From assembly GCA_021813945.1 (NCBI GenBank), contig JAKAJD010000003.1:45193-109192 (forward strand): a stretch of DNA of 64,000 nucleotides. The letters run 5' to 3'. This document shows, in pieces, positions 28,208 through 40,061 of this stretch. The position numbers were made by a program, and so were the translations under genes. Under the pieces are notes generated by a model that was given only the letters and a program-made list of their open reading frames with translations, ran no database searches and had not been told where the DNA came from. This DNA is from a bacterium (lineage in GTDB: Bacteria; Patescibacteriota; Microgenomatia; Curtissbacterales; GWA2-41-24). Each line of letters starts with the position of its first letter. The stretch's first letter is position 1.

Positions 28208-28912
28208 ATGGCTCAAAACCAAATAATACGAGACTGGTTTATGCCCTGGCGATCGTATGTAGCGGAATTTATAGGCACATTCTTTTTTGTTCTGATTGCC
28301 AACTGGATTGTACTTTCGGCAGCCTTATACGGAAATGTAAATTCCATTGAGATATCACTGGCGGTCGGTTTTTCATATTTAGCTTTACTTTTTGCAACTG
28401 TGCATATTGCAGGAGGATTTCTGAATCCGGCAATAACTCTATCTTTATGGCTTGCTAAAAAAATTTCTGGGAGCCGTGCCTGTTTTTTTCTTGTCGCTCA
28501 GATTTTGGCTAGCTTTTTGGCGGCTGAAGTCCTTTTTGTCTTATTTGGGCAAAATGCGGTACAGTTTCATTTTGGGCAACCATCGTTTGGTTTAGGAGTC
28601 TCTTCTCAGACTGCTTTTATCGCTGAGGCGGTACTTAGTGCTGGATTAGTTTTTTTGGTTTTTGGAACAATGGTGGACAGAAATGGCCCGGTAAGTTTCG
28701 GGCCACTGGTGATGGGACTTTACATTGTTGCCGTGAGTATTGTGGCTGCGCCAATAAGCGGAGCTGTTTTAAATCCAGCACGTGTTATTGGGCCATCACT
28801 TCTTTCTCATGAAAGTGCGAATCTTGTGATTTTTGTAGTTGCCAGTTTGGTTGGTTCACTATTTGGTCCAGTATACGAGTTTGTGTTTCTCCAAAAAAGT
28901 AAAAAGAAATAG
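28208..28912 (+). CDS. Aquaporin/MIP family channel
   Basis: 234 aa, 6 TM. Two NPA boxes ('GGFLNPAITL' and 'GAVLNPARVIG'). Confidence 0.85.
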   Translation: MAQNQIIRDWFMPWRSYVAEFIGTFFFVLIANWIVLSAALYGNVNSIEISLAVGFSYLALLFATVHIAGGFLNPAITLSLWLAKKISGSRACFFLVAQILASFLAAEVLFVLFGQNAVQFHFGQPSFGLGVSSQTAFIAEAVLSAGLVFLVFGTMVDRNGPVSFGPLVMGLYIVAVSIVAAPISGAVLNPARVIGPSLLSHESANLVIFVVASLVGSLFGPVYEFVFLQKSKKK

Positions 28913-29043
28913 AGTTCATGTTAGCAGGTCGCCTTATGGGATTGAAGTCCTCGCAATCTACTCATCTCGCTTTCGGAGAAAGCTTCACTGATATATATCA
29001 GCTGATTACTTCGTAATTCCTGATGTACCCGAATTAAACAGGT

Positions 29044-29105
29044 TATATCAACAACTCCACTTGGCACAGCCCTTCAGGCTTCATGCCAAGGTGGCTCCTC
29101 TGATA
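29044..29105 (+). repeat. Conserved structured intergenic element (copy 3 of 3)
   Basis: Hairpin CTTGGCA-cagCCCTTCAGgcttca-TGCCAAG at 29059-29089, with the 3' flank GGTGGCTCCTCTGATAT. About 80% identical to 18543-18581. The palindrome CTGATATATATCAG lies 40 nt upstream at 28994-29007. Confidence 0.5.
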
Positions 29106-29158
29106 TACCCGAAATAAGAATTTCGGTTATAATTATGGTCAAGTAAGACACGAGAACT

Positions 29159-29686
29159 ATGCCTGTCCCGACTACAAATCAACAAGACGATCAAGTAACA
29201 CAAGATGCAGATTTAGCTGCAGTTGGTTCTTCCAAAGCAAAAGAGATTGAACCCCAAAGGGCAGAAGAGAAGCGCCTTTTGGATGAGGTGGTTGAAGCTA
29301 GCGAAAAGCAAGATAAAGAAGCAGAAGAAAAACTCCAGGAATCTTTAGGAAAAGAGGCCCGGCTTTCTCAGCCGCACCCAAAAATTGCAGCTGATGTTTC
29401 AGATGCAGGAGTTGTTTCGCCGCAAAGAACTGCAAGCCAGGTTATCTCTAAAGGACCAACAGTTGAGTTACCAATTTCTGAAGAGGAATACGTCGCTGGC
29501 GAAAAAACAAAGGTAAAAGGAAACGTAGCCGATAAAGAAGTTATTGGCGTATTTTCTCTTGCCGCTTTCGCAATGTTTATTGGAAGAATCATAAAACTTG
29601 CTCACAAACATGCAAAACGCATAATTTTCAGAGATTCTTCCAGTACCAAGGTTCCGGAGGAGAAAGGAGCCAAAGATGCCAGTTGA
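29159..29686 (+). CDS. Hypothetical acidic protein with C-terminal TM anchor
   Basis: 175 aa, Glu/Lys-rich, with one TM helix near the C-terminus. Overlaps the downstream ATPase gene by 11 nt. Confidence 0.45.
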   Translation: MPVPTTNQQDDQVTQDADLAAVGSSKAKEIEPQRAEEKRLLDEVVEASEKQDKEAEEKLQESLGKEARLSQPHPKIAADVSDAGVVSPQRTASQVISKGPTVELPISEEEYVAGEKTKVKGNVADKEVIGVFSLAAFAMFIGRIIKLAHKHAKRIIFRDSSSTKVPEEKGAKDAS

Positions 29687-32036
29687 TAGTTCACAAGGAT
29701 TAGGCCAAATTGATGCGTTTTCCAGCTTTGAGCTTTTTTTGCGGTCTTTAGGTTTTTTGGGCCTCGCGCTTTTGGTTTTAGTCATCATTGCGGTTGGAGT
29801 AGGTTATCTTTGGGTTATCTGGATGCGCAACAAAGACAGGGAACAAAAGTCTTTGGATTTCGTACTCATGCAAATTGCGGTTCCGAGAGATAACGAGATA
29901 AAAGTAGATGCGGCCGAGCAGATGTTTGCTTCGTTATACTCAATATATAAATCTTCGACAATTTCATTTTTGACAACCCAAGAGCATTTTTCTTTGGAGA
30001 TAGTGGCGCTTCCAGAGGAGATTAAATTTTATATTTCGTGTCCGAAATCTTTGCAGGATTTGGTTGAAAAACAAATACATGGTGCTTATCCAGGCGCGGA
30101 TGTTAGAGAAGTTGAAGAGTACAATATTTTTTCTGAAGACGGCAAATTGGCTTTTGCTGCTTTAAAATTAAAGTCTTCGAATTACTATCCTGTTAAAACT
30201 TATAAGGAGCTGGCAACCGACCCATTGAACCAAATTACGTCGGCTCTTGCTAAGATGGCTCCCGGTGAGGGCGCAGCTGTTCAAATTTTGGCTGCTCCGG
30301 CGAGTGGTGGCTGGAGATCTTCCGGTAAAAACTTTGTTTCCAAAACTAAACAGGCGGAGCTTTCCCCCAAAAACGAAGGCAAGGTGACACCTCAGCCAAA
30401 GAAAATGGAGGCAATTGAGAATAAAATTTCCAAGGTTGGTTTTGATGTAGTTGTTAGAATTGTGGTTTCTGCCAAAACTGATGAGGAAGCCAAGGTTCAT
30501 TTGGACAACATTAAATCAACTTTTTCGCAGTTTACTTCGGAATATAATGGTTTTTCTGGGGCAGGAATACGCTTCAAAAAGCAGTTTTTGGTAGATTTTG
30601 TTTACAGATATTTGCCACTTTTTGGCAAATACGGAGTTTTAAATACAGAAGAGCTGGCTTCGATATTTCACCTTCCCAATAAAAGCGTTGAAACCCCTGG
30701 AATATTCTGGGTCAATGCCAAACGGGCACCTGCGCCGGCACAAATCCCATCTTCCGGTTTGCATTTAGGAAAAAGTGTCTATCGCGGTTCTACCAAGGAG
30801 GTCTTTATTTCAGAAGACGACAGAAGGCGACACGTTTACATTATCGGAAAGACAGGAACTGGAAAGACCGAACTTTTGAAGTATATGATCTTGCAGGATA
30901 TCAAAGCCGGACACGGAGTGGCATTTATTGATCCACACGGAGATGCGGCGGAGGATATTTTATCTTCGATTCCACCGGAGCGGGCTGAGGATGTAATCTA
31001 CTTTAACCCTGCGGATACCGAAAGACCAATTGGTATGAACATGTTAGAGGCTGCCTCCGAGCAAGAAAAGCATTTTGTGGCAACTTATATCGTGGGTTTG
31101 ATGTACAAACTTTACGACCCCCACAAGACAGGTATTATCGGCCCCAGGTTTGAGCACGCCATAAGAAATGCAATGTTGACTGTTATGAGTGAGCCTGGAA
31201 ACACATTTGTGGAGGTTGTAAGGGTTCTTACTGATGCGAATTATGTTCAGGAGCTTCTTCCAAAGGTAAGTGACCCGGTGGTTAGACGCTATTGGACAGA
31301 TCAGATTGCGCAGACCTCGGACTTTCACAAATCGGAAGTTTTGGACTACATCGTTTCAAAGTTTGGCCGCTTTGTCACAAACCGCATGATGAGAAACATT
31401 ATTGGCCAATCCAGTAGCGCATTTAATTTGCGCGACGTTATGGATAACAAAAAAATTCTGATTGTAAATCTCTCAAAAGGTAGGGTTGGGGAGGAGAATT
31501 CAAACTTTTTAGGTTTGGTTTTGGTCCCTAAGATATTGGTTGCTGCTATGAGCAGACAGGATATATCGGAAGAGCAACGGAACGACTTTTTCCTTTATGT
31601 TGATGAGTTCCAGAATTTTGCGACAGAGACTTTTGCAGATATTCTGGCTGAGGCCCGAAAATTCAGGCTTAATCTTATTGTTGCCAACCAGTTTATTGGA
31701 CAAATCGAAGAAGAGGTTAAAAACGCAATTTTTGGAAACGTGGGAACAATTGTTAGCTTTAGGATTGGTGTAACCGATGCCAATTATCTACAGCATGAGT
31801 TTACGCCTGTTTTTAACGAGACGGATCTTATTAACGTTGAAAGGTTCCATGCATATGCTAAAACAATTGTCCGCAACGAGCCCGTGCCGCCGTTTTCCTT
31901 GGATACCACACGTGATCTTTCTAAAATAGATAAAGATTTGAGAATTGCCGAGATGATAAAGCAGCTGTCTAGACTTCGATATGGTCGGGATGTTAATGTA
32001 GTCGATGCGGAAATAGTGCACCGCGCCCGCCTCTAA
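29676..32036 (+). CDS. Membrane-anchored AAA-like ATPase, TraD/VirD4/TrwB-type (T4SS coupling protein-like, DUF87/HerA-related)
   Basis: 786 aa. N-terminal TM hairpin, Walker A 'YIIGKTGTGKTE', Walker B 'LYVDEFQNFAT', and an 'IVANQ' sensor-like motif. Confidence 0.7.
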   Translation: MPVDSSQGLGQIDAFSSFELFLRSLGFLGLALLVLVIIAVGVGYLWVIWMRNKDREQKSLDFVLMQIAVPRDNEIKVDAAEQMFASLYSIYKSSTISFLTTQEHFSLEIVALPEEIKFYISCPKSLQDLVEKQIHGAYPGADVREVEEYNIFSEDGKLAFAALKLKSSNYYPVKTYKELATDPLNQITSALAKMAPGEGAAVQILAAPASGGWRSSGKNFVSKTKQAELSPKNEGKVTPQPKKMEAIENKISKVGFDVVVRIVVSAKTDEEAKVHLDNIKSTFSQFTSEYNGFSGAGIRFKKQFLVDFVYRYLPLFGKYGVLNTEELASIFHLPNKSVETPGIFWVNAKRAPAPAQIPSSGLHLGKSVYRGSTKEVFISEDDRRRHVYIIGKTGTGKTELLKYMILQDIKAGHGVAFIDPHGDAAEDILSSIPPERAEDVIYFNPADTERPIGMNMLEAASEQEKHFVATYIVGLMYKLYDPHKTGIIGPRFEHAIRNAMLTVMSEPGNTFVEVVRVLTDANYVQELLPKVSDPVVRRYWTDQIAQTSDFHKSEVLDYIVSKFGRFVTNRMMRNIIGQSSSAFNLRDVMDNKKILIVNLSKGRVGEENSNFLGLVLVPKILVAAMSRQDISEEQRNDFFLYVDEFQNFATETFADILAEARKFRLNLIVANQFIGQIEEEVKNAIFGNVGTIVSFRIGVTDANYLQHEFTPVFNETDLINVERFHAYAKTIVRNEPVPPFSLDTTRDLSKIDKDLRIAEMIKQLSRLRYGRDVNVVDAEIVHRARL

Positions 32037-32061
32037 AGCTTTCCCTGCACTGCCATCAAAT

Positions 32062-32406
32062 ATGGTTTTTATTGCATCTGTTGTTATTTCTTTGGCGGCG
32101 GCTTTGCCGATTATAAATTATGTAGGGCAAATGGCAAAAGATGCGGTTTTGGAATTTAATTTACGTCAGCTGTCGAAAATGGCAGAAATGAGGTTTATTG
32201 AGGAAGGGAAGTATCCAGGGTCTATTGGTGAACTAGTTGAAGGTCAAGGTCTAGGCAATTTTACTTCTAGTATCACGTACCAGTATCGGGTTTCAGCAGA
32301 TGGCCAGCAGGCAAAAATTTTAGGGGCGTTTTCTGATCAAAGTTTTTGCTGGAGCTCTACGACTGAGCAAATAAGAATGATAAATAGCTCAGCCGATTGT
32401 CAGTAA
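32062..32406 (+). CDS. Small pilin-like protein (N-terminal hydrophobic helix, C-terminal Cys pair)
   Basis: 114 aa. 'MVFIASVVISLAAALPII' helix and a C-terminal 'C...C' disulfide-loop-like region (CWSSTTEQIRMINSSADC). No canonical G/FxxxE prepilin motif. Confidence 0.3.
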   Translation: MVFIASVVISLAAALPIINYVGQMAKDAVLEFNLRQLSKMAEMRFIEEGKYPGSIGELVEGQGLGNFTSSITYQYRVSADGQQAKILGAFSDQSFCWSSTTEQIRMINSSADCQ

Positions 32407-32410
32407 CAAC

Positions 32411-32441
32411 TTGCCATATTCATCCTAAATTGTGCTAAAAT
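32411..32441 (+). promoter_or_regulatory. Candidate promoter for the tRNA-Ile gene (TTGCCA ... TGcTAAAAT extended -10)
   Basis: TTGCCA at 32411 and TGnTAAAAT at 32433-32441, with a 19-nt spacer. Confidence 0.35.
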
Positions 32442-32455
32442 TTGGCATATTATAT

Positions 32456-32527
32456 GGGCCTGTAGCTCAGCGGCAGAGCGCCACTCTTATAAAGTGGATG
32501 TCGATGGTTCGAATCCATCCAGGCCCA
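32456..32527 (+). tRNA. tRNA-Ile with anticodon UAU (reads AUA)
   Basis: Folded by hand: acceptor GGGCCTG/CAGGCCC, D-stem GCTC/GAGC, anticodon stem CCACT/AGTGG with loop CTTATAA (U33, anticodon TAT, A37), T-arm GATGG-TTCGAAT-CCATC, discriminator A. No encoded CCA. Confidence 0.8.
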
Positions 32528-32543
32528 CATTCCCAGATAAAAT

Positions 32544-33338
32544 ATGAAAATTGGGTTAGTTTATAAAGACGAGAATATGAAAGCCAAAAAATTGGCTTTT
32601 GAGGTGACAAGTTTTCTCAAGCAGAACGGGGTGGATGTTTTGGGGGAGAAAAATCTTGACCAAAGTGAGTATGTAATTTCTTTAGGTGGAGACGGGACAT
32701 TAATTAATAAAGCCTGCAAATATGCTGAAATTGCCGTACCATTTATTGGTATTAATACGGGTAATTTGGGCTTTCTGACGGCGGCGGAAGGTGATGAATG
32801 GAAAGAGGCGGTTTTGAAACTTATCAAAGGGGATTTGATTGTTTCTGAAAGAATAGCTCTTGAAGCTAAAGTAGTCGGCAAAAGTGAAACTTTTCGGGCG
32901 GTCAATGAATATACGATAAAAAGCCAGTTTAGGGTTGCGGATTTAGAGGTTAAAGTGAACGAGAAAGACTTTTTAAAGGTTTACGGAGACGGGGTTATTG
33001 TCTCTACGCAATCAGGTTCAACAGCATATTCTCTTTCTGCAGGAGGTCCAATAGTTGATCCTAATTTAAATTGTATATTGGTGACTCCGGTTAATCCGAT
33101 AGGTCTTCCGGTTCCGTCAGCGGTTCTTTCGCCCAATTCTTTGGTTGATATTAAGCTTTTAAAAGGTGAAGATATTTATTTGGTAGTTGATGGTCAGCAA
33201 AGTTTACGTTTGAAGGTGGGGGATGTTGTTAGAGTGAAGCAGGCCAAAAACGGAGTTAAATTTGGATATTTTGACCAAAACCACTTTTTTAAATCTTTAA
33301 ATGCCAAATTTGGGCTTTCTAAAAGAAGGGAAGCTTAA
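32544..33338 (+). CDS. nadK: NAD+ kinase
   Basis: 264 aa. 'GGDGTL' motif (ISLGGDGTLINK) and 'NEYTIKS...DGVIVSTQSGSTAYSLSAGGPIV'. Confidence 0.85.
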   Translation: MKIGLVYKDENMKAKKLAFEVTSFLKQNGVDVLGEKNLDQSEYVISLGGDGTLINKACKYAEIAVPFIGINTGNLGFLTAAEGDEWKEAVLKLIKGDLIVSERIALEAKVVGKSETFRAVNEYTIKSQFRVADLEVKVNEKDFLKVYGDGVIVSTQSGSTAYSLSAGGPIVDPNLNCILVTPVNPIGLPVPSAVLSPNSLVDIKLLKGEDIYLVVDGQQSLRLKVGDVVRVKQAKNGVKFGYFDQNHFFKSLNAKFGLSKRREA

Positions 33339-33856
33339 GGATTTTCAAATTTTTGGGAGATCAGATTTATTACTTCTTCTTTGGAAGTAAGAGTTGTGTC
33401 GATCGTAAGTTCAAAAAATTTTGGGTCAAGATAATATTCGTCGGTATAAAGTTTTCGGAATTTCGCATCTAAACCTTCTTCGCGCCTTTTTATATCTTCT
33501 GCTGTTTCTTTTTCCTGATCGCGGCTTGCAGCCCTCTTGACCCTTTCTTCGATATCACAGGTTAGAAGAACGCGAAGGACGTGGGACATGTTACGGGTAA
33601 AGTAACCTATGTAGTGGCCGTCGATGACAAGAGCTTTTTCGGAATTTGCTAAGTTTGTAAGTTCAGCGTCGATTTTTTTATCTAAATCATCGGGGATTTG
33701 GGATTTGTCGTAAAGGGGAATGTTGTGTGATTTCATGTAGCTTCTGAAAAAATCTCCGGCGTAGTGGAATTCGAGATTATATTTTTGGGCAAGAGTTTTG
33801 GCAGCTGTTGTGGTGCCTGACGCGATTTGACCGGAAAGAACGATGGATCTATACAC
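33335..33856 (-). CDS. Cytidylate kinase-like family protein (AAA/P-loop)
   Basis: 173 aa. P-loop 'GQIASGTTTAAKTLA'. Overlaps atpC by 8 nt, so it is co-operonic with the atp genes. Confidence 0.65.
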   Translation of the reverse strand: MYRSIVLSGQIASGTTTAAKTLAQKYNLEFHYAGDFFRSYMKSHNIPLYDKSQIPDDLDKKIDAELTNLANSEKALVIDGHYIGYFTRNMSHVLRVLLTCDIEERVKRAASRDQEKETAEDIKRREEGLDAKFRKLYTDEYYLDPKFFELTIDTTLTSKEEVINLISQKFENP

Positions 33857-34259
33857 GACGGTGCCTCCTTTTGACTTTGAGTTGGGCGAGGGCTTTTTCC
33901 AGATTGGCGGCAGCGACTGCGTATTCTTCCTCGGAAAGTGTATGCTTTTGCTTTAAGGCTTCTTCGGCAGCACGTTTGGCAGCCTCGATTTCTTTCTCCT
34001 CGAGCTCTTCTTCGGGTGCTGCTAAATCGACCAGGACTTTGACGTTATCTTCGCCAACTTGGGCAAAACCGTAACCGGATGCCAGGTGGGTTTCCTTTTG
34101 GTGCTTGAGGTATATTATTGCGCCAGGTTGCAGGGAAGTTACAAGACCTATATGGTGTGGAAGGACTGTTATTTGGCCTGTTGTTGTAGGAAGTGAAACT
34201 TGGTTGACTTCGTCGTCAAAAACTGTCTTTTCCGGGGTGATTATTTGTAAGTGTAGCAT
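33849..34259 (-). CDS. atpC: F1 ATP synthase epsilon subunit
   Basis: 'MLHLQIITPEKTVFDDEVNQVSLPTTTGQITVLPHH' beta-sandwich N-terminus plus a helical C-terminus. Confidence 0.85.
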   Translation of the reverse strand: MLHLQIITPEKTVFDDEVNQVSLPTTTGQITVLPHHIGLVTSLQPGAIIYLKHQKETHLASGYGFAQVGEDNVKVLVDLAAPEEELEEKEIEAAKRAAEEALKQKHTLSEEEYAVAAANLEKALAQLKVKRRHRRV

Positions 34260-34273
34260 GATATTTAAGACCT

Positions 34274-36521
<2,248 letters not shown>

Positions 36522-36558
36522 AGATAGTTACCAGTCACCAGTTACCGGAATCCAGTAG

Positions 36559-38124
36559 CTAGGATCTCCTCCTCTTTGATAGTGATTTAACTTTGGTTGA
36601 TTTGTTTTGCTCTTTTGGTTTAGTTTCTGATTCAACTTTTTGAGGTTTTCCCGATACAGTCGCCAACATTTTTTTAAGTTCGCCCTCTGCAAAATCGTCG
36701 ATTTCTTTTTTATCATCAAGATGTTTTTTGAGCTTCTGGTTAGTTTCAAAAAGGGTAAGGATGCTTTGCTCAAAACCAGCGATTTTTTCAATTGGAACCT
36801 CGTCAAAATAGCCGTTTTTAACAGCCCAAAGGATAACAACTTGAGAAGAAACGTCCATAGGTGCGAGTTGTGGCTGTTTTAGGATTTCAACGATACGTTT
36901 GCCGCGCTCAAGCCTCTTTTGGGTTGTTTCATCTAGGTCTGAACCGAATTGGGCAAAAGCGGCAAGTGAGCGGTATTGGGAAAGGTCAAGTCTAAGTGAA
37001 CCGGCAACCTGCTTCATCATTTTTGTTTGGGCATTGCCGCCGACACGGGAAACGGAGATGCCAGGGTTGACTGCTGGACGGACGCCGGCGTTGAAAAGAT
37101 CAGCTTCCAGATAAATTTGGCCGTCTGTTATGGAAATAACGTTTGTTGGAATGTAAGCTGAAACATCGCCTGCTTGGGTTTCTATTATGGGAAGGGCAGT
37201 TAGCGAACCGCCGCCATATTTTTCGTCCATTCGGGCGGCACGTTCGAGAAGGCGAGAATGAAGATAGAAAATATCACCAGGATAAGCTTCGCGGCCTGAG
37301 GGACGTTTGAGAAGAAGCGAAATTTGTCGGTATGCCCAGGCGTGTTTGGAAAGGTCGTCATAAATTACCAAAGCGTCTTTGCCCTGATCCATAAAGTATT
37401 CTCCCATGGCGCAACCGGCATAAGGGGCAATAAATTGCATGGTTGCTGAATCGGAAGCAGAAGCGGCAACCACAATGGTGTGGTCCATGGCTTTGTTCTT
37501 TTCTAAAGTCGCAACAACTTGGGCAATTTTGGAGGTTTTCTGGCCGATTGCAACGTAGATGCAAATGACGCCCTTACCCTTTTGGTTAATGATTGTATCT
37601 ATGGTGATTGCGGTTTTACCAAGTCCACGATCGCCGATTATTAGCTCCCTTTGGCCACGGCCGATGGGGATCATTGAATCGATTGCTTTTAAGCCGGTTT
37701 GAAGAGGAGTGTTAACTGATTTTCTAAAAATTACACCCGGTGCTATCTTTTCTGTTACATAGCGGGTTTTGGTTTTGATTGGACCTTTGTTATCCAATGG
37801 GTTACCGAGTGCGTCAACGACCCTGCCGATAAGCTCCGGTCCGACAGGAACATCGAGAATTTTGCCGGTAGTTTGGACAGTATCTCCTTCTTTCAGGGCT
37901 GTCCAATCTCCAAAAATAATTGCTCCAACGGAATCTTCTTCCAGATTTAGCGCAAGGCCGGTTATGCCGTGGGGGAATGTGACAATTTCGGAAGCCGAAA
38001 CGTCGGAAAGTCCCACTACTCGCGTAACGCCGTCGCCAATTTCGACAACTTTACCCACATTCTTTGGGGTCGCCTGAAACTTCGATTTTGTGATTTGCTG
38101 TTCTATTTCTTCAAGTATATTCAT
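36559..38124 (-). CDS. atpA: F1 ATP synthase alpha subunit (with about 20-aa Lys-rich C-terminal extension)
   Basis: 521 aa. 'GDRGLGKT' P-loop and the conserved alpha-subunit core. The tail '[20 protein letters not shown]' is extra. Confidence 0.95.
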   Translation of the reverse strand: MNILEEIEQQITKSKFQATPKNVGKVVEIGDGVTRVVGLSDVSASEIVTFPHGITGLALNLEEDSVGAIIFGDWTALKEGDTVQTTGKILDVPVGPELIGRVVDALGNPLDNKGPIKTKTRYVTEKIAPGVIFRKSVNTPLQTGLKAIDSMIPIGRGQRELIIGDRGLGKTAITIDTIINQKGKGVICIYVAIGQKTSKIAQVVATLEKNKAMDHTIVVAASASDSATMQFIAPYAGCAMGEYFMDQGKDALVIYDDLSKHAWAYRQISLLLKRPSGREAYPGDIFYLHSRLLERAARMDEKYGGGSLTALPIIETQAGDVSAYIPTNVISITDGQIYLEADLFNAGVRPAVNPGISVSRVGGNAQTKMMKQVAGSLRLDLSQYRSLAAFAQFGSDLDETTQKRLERGKRIVEILKQPQLAPMDVSSQVVILWAVKNGYFDEVPIEKIAGFEQSILTLFETNQKLKKHLDDKKEIDDFAEGELKKMLATVSGKPQKVESETKPKEQNKSTKVKSLSKRRRS

Positions 38125-38127
38125 AAG

Positions 38128-38511
38128 TTATCGGTTACCGATTATTGTCGATTGTTTTAGCCTTGCATCCAATGTTTGATCCCAAATCCAATCGCCATTT
38201 GTGATCTTGGCCCCAAAAACCAAGTCCGGATTCAATTTATAAACCAGTTTTTTGGCACCTGTTCTTTTTAGAAGATCTTTTTCGCTGGCTGAAGCCAGTT
38301 TTTGCGGTGTCTCCACAATAATTTCTTCTTGTGATAAGGCTCTTTGCACTAGTTGTTTGTAAAGTGTCAAAATTTTAGTTGCACCTTGCGGTTTTTCCTT
38401 GGCGATTATCGATAAATTTCGACTAACTTTTTTTGGGTCGATATAACTGCCAGAGAAGCTATTTTTGTACATTGTTTTGGCTATTTTTTGAAGTTTTTTT
38501 CTGGCTATCAT
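38128..38511 (-). CDS. atpH: F1 ATP synthase delta subunit (short form)
   Basis: 127 aa at the canonical position between atpF and atpA. Delta-like C-terminal domain; shorter than the typical 180 aa. Confidence 0.55.
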   Translation of the reverse strand: MIARKKLQKIAKTMYKNSFSGSYIDPKKVSRNLSIIAKEKPQGATKILTLYKQLVQRALSQEEIIVETPQKLASASEKDLLKRTGAKKLVYKLNPDLVFGAKITNGDWIWDQTLDARLKQSTIIGNR

Positions 38512-39014
38512 GAGACTTGTTTAGTTATTTGGGAAATGGATGTTTTGGTCAGTTCCTGCTTTTCTTTTGAGCTCATTGTTCTTCCTAATACTTTTTTGAG
38601 AAGGACACCGGCAATGGTTGCAGTTTCGCCTTGAAGCTCTTTTTGCATTTTTAATCGTTCCAATTCAATTTGTGATCTGGCTTCGGTGATTGCTGATTCG
38701 GTGATTTTGTGGCCTTCTTCTGTTGCTTCATCGACTATCCTTCTGGCTTCTGCTTTGGCATCCTGCATGACTACTTGTGCGTTTGCGCGGGCTTCTTCCA
38801 GCGCTTTTGCAACTTTGACATCGGTTTCTTCCAGTCTGTTTTCTATAACGTCCGCATTTTTAAGGCTTTCTTCGATTCTTGCTCTACGGTCTTCGAGCAT
38901 TTTGACAATTGGTGCGTAGAAAAACTTCTTCAGTAAAAAGAAGATAATTAAAAAATTTACTATTTGGGCCAATAGTAAAACCGGTTGAATACCAAAACTT
39001 TGTATTACTCCCAT
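38508..39014 (-). CDS. atpF: Fo ATP synthase subunit b
   Basis: 168 aa. One N-terminal TM helix, then a long charged coiled coil. Confidence 0.8.
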   Translation of the reverse strand: MGVIQSFGIQPVLLLAQIVNFLIIFFLLKKFFYAPIVKMLEDRRARIEESLKNADVIENRLEETDVKVAKALEEARANAQVVMQDAKAEARRIVDEATEEGHKITESAITEARSQIELERLKMQKELQGETATIAGVLLKKVLGRTMSSKEKQELTKTSISQITKQVS

Positions 39015-39088
39015 AGGTTAACAAGTCAGAGTCAAAGCGAATAGTGTAAAGTTTTTTAATCTACACTTTGACTTTCGACTTTGACTTT

Positions 39089-39298
<210 letters not shown>

Positions 39299-39320
39299 TT
39301 AATCTTCCTCCTTTCTTGAT

Positions 39321-40061
39321 TTAATGTTCGCTTGCGTGTTTTTCAGTTAAGATTACCATAAAAACAAGCGTTAGCATAGCGAAAATGAGTGCCTGGACAA
39401 AACCGACTAAAAGTTCCAAAAAGTAAAATGGAATAGGGACGATAAAGGCGAATATTTTAGAGGAAGCTGTTGAAAGCAGCACTTCGCCCGCGAAAATATT
39501 TCCGAAAAGCCGAAAAGAAAGAGAGAGAATTTTTGTAAATTCACCAATAAGCTCTAAGAGTCCAACAAAGAGAAAAATCGGGTGGAGGCTTAGAAATTTA
39601 CCTATGTAATCTTTTATTCCTAAGTATTTAACAGCTAAATAATGGGTGATTACAACAGAAACCAATGCCAATGCCAGTGTAGTATTTAGATCGGAATTCA
39701 TAGACCTGAACAGAGGAACGAAGACGCGGTGACCTTCTTCTATCCTGTTGAAGCCGATTGTGCCTATTCCCGGAAGCAAACCGAAATAGTTTCCAAGTAA
39801 GATGAAGAAGAAAAAGCTGGCAACAATTGGCAAAAAGACCTTTGTTTTTTCTCCGGCTACCGAGGCGACTAAATCCTGAAATGTGTCAACAGCGAACTCG
39901 GCAATGTTTTGAAGGGGATTAGGGACAGGTGTAAGCTTTCGTGTCGAAAGAAATGCAAAAGCAATAAGAACTAATGTCACAAGCCAAGCTGTTAGCATGG
40001 TATTGGTGACAGGAATTGGTCCAATTGAAAATATTTTTTCGGCTGCTAGGGTGACTTCCAT
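39321..40061 (-). CDS. atpB: Fo ATP synthase subunit a
   Basis: 246 aa. The C-terminal 'LSLSFRLFGNIFAGEVLL' carries the essential Arg of subunit a. Confidence 0.85.
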   Translation of the reverse strand: MEVTLAAEKIFSIGPIPVTNTMLTAWLVTLVLIAFAFLSTRKLTPVPNPLQNIAEFAVDTFQDLVASVAGEKTKVFLPIVASFFFFILLGNYFGLLPGIGTIGFNRIEEGHRVFVPLFRSMNSDLNTTLALALVSVVITHYLAVKYLGIKDYIGKFLSLHPIFLFVGLLELIGEFTKILSLSFRLFGNIFAGEVLLSTASSKIFAFIVPIPFYFLELLVGFVQALIFAMLTLVFMVILTEKHASEH

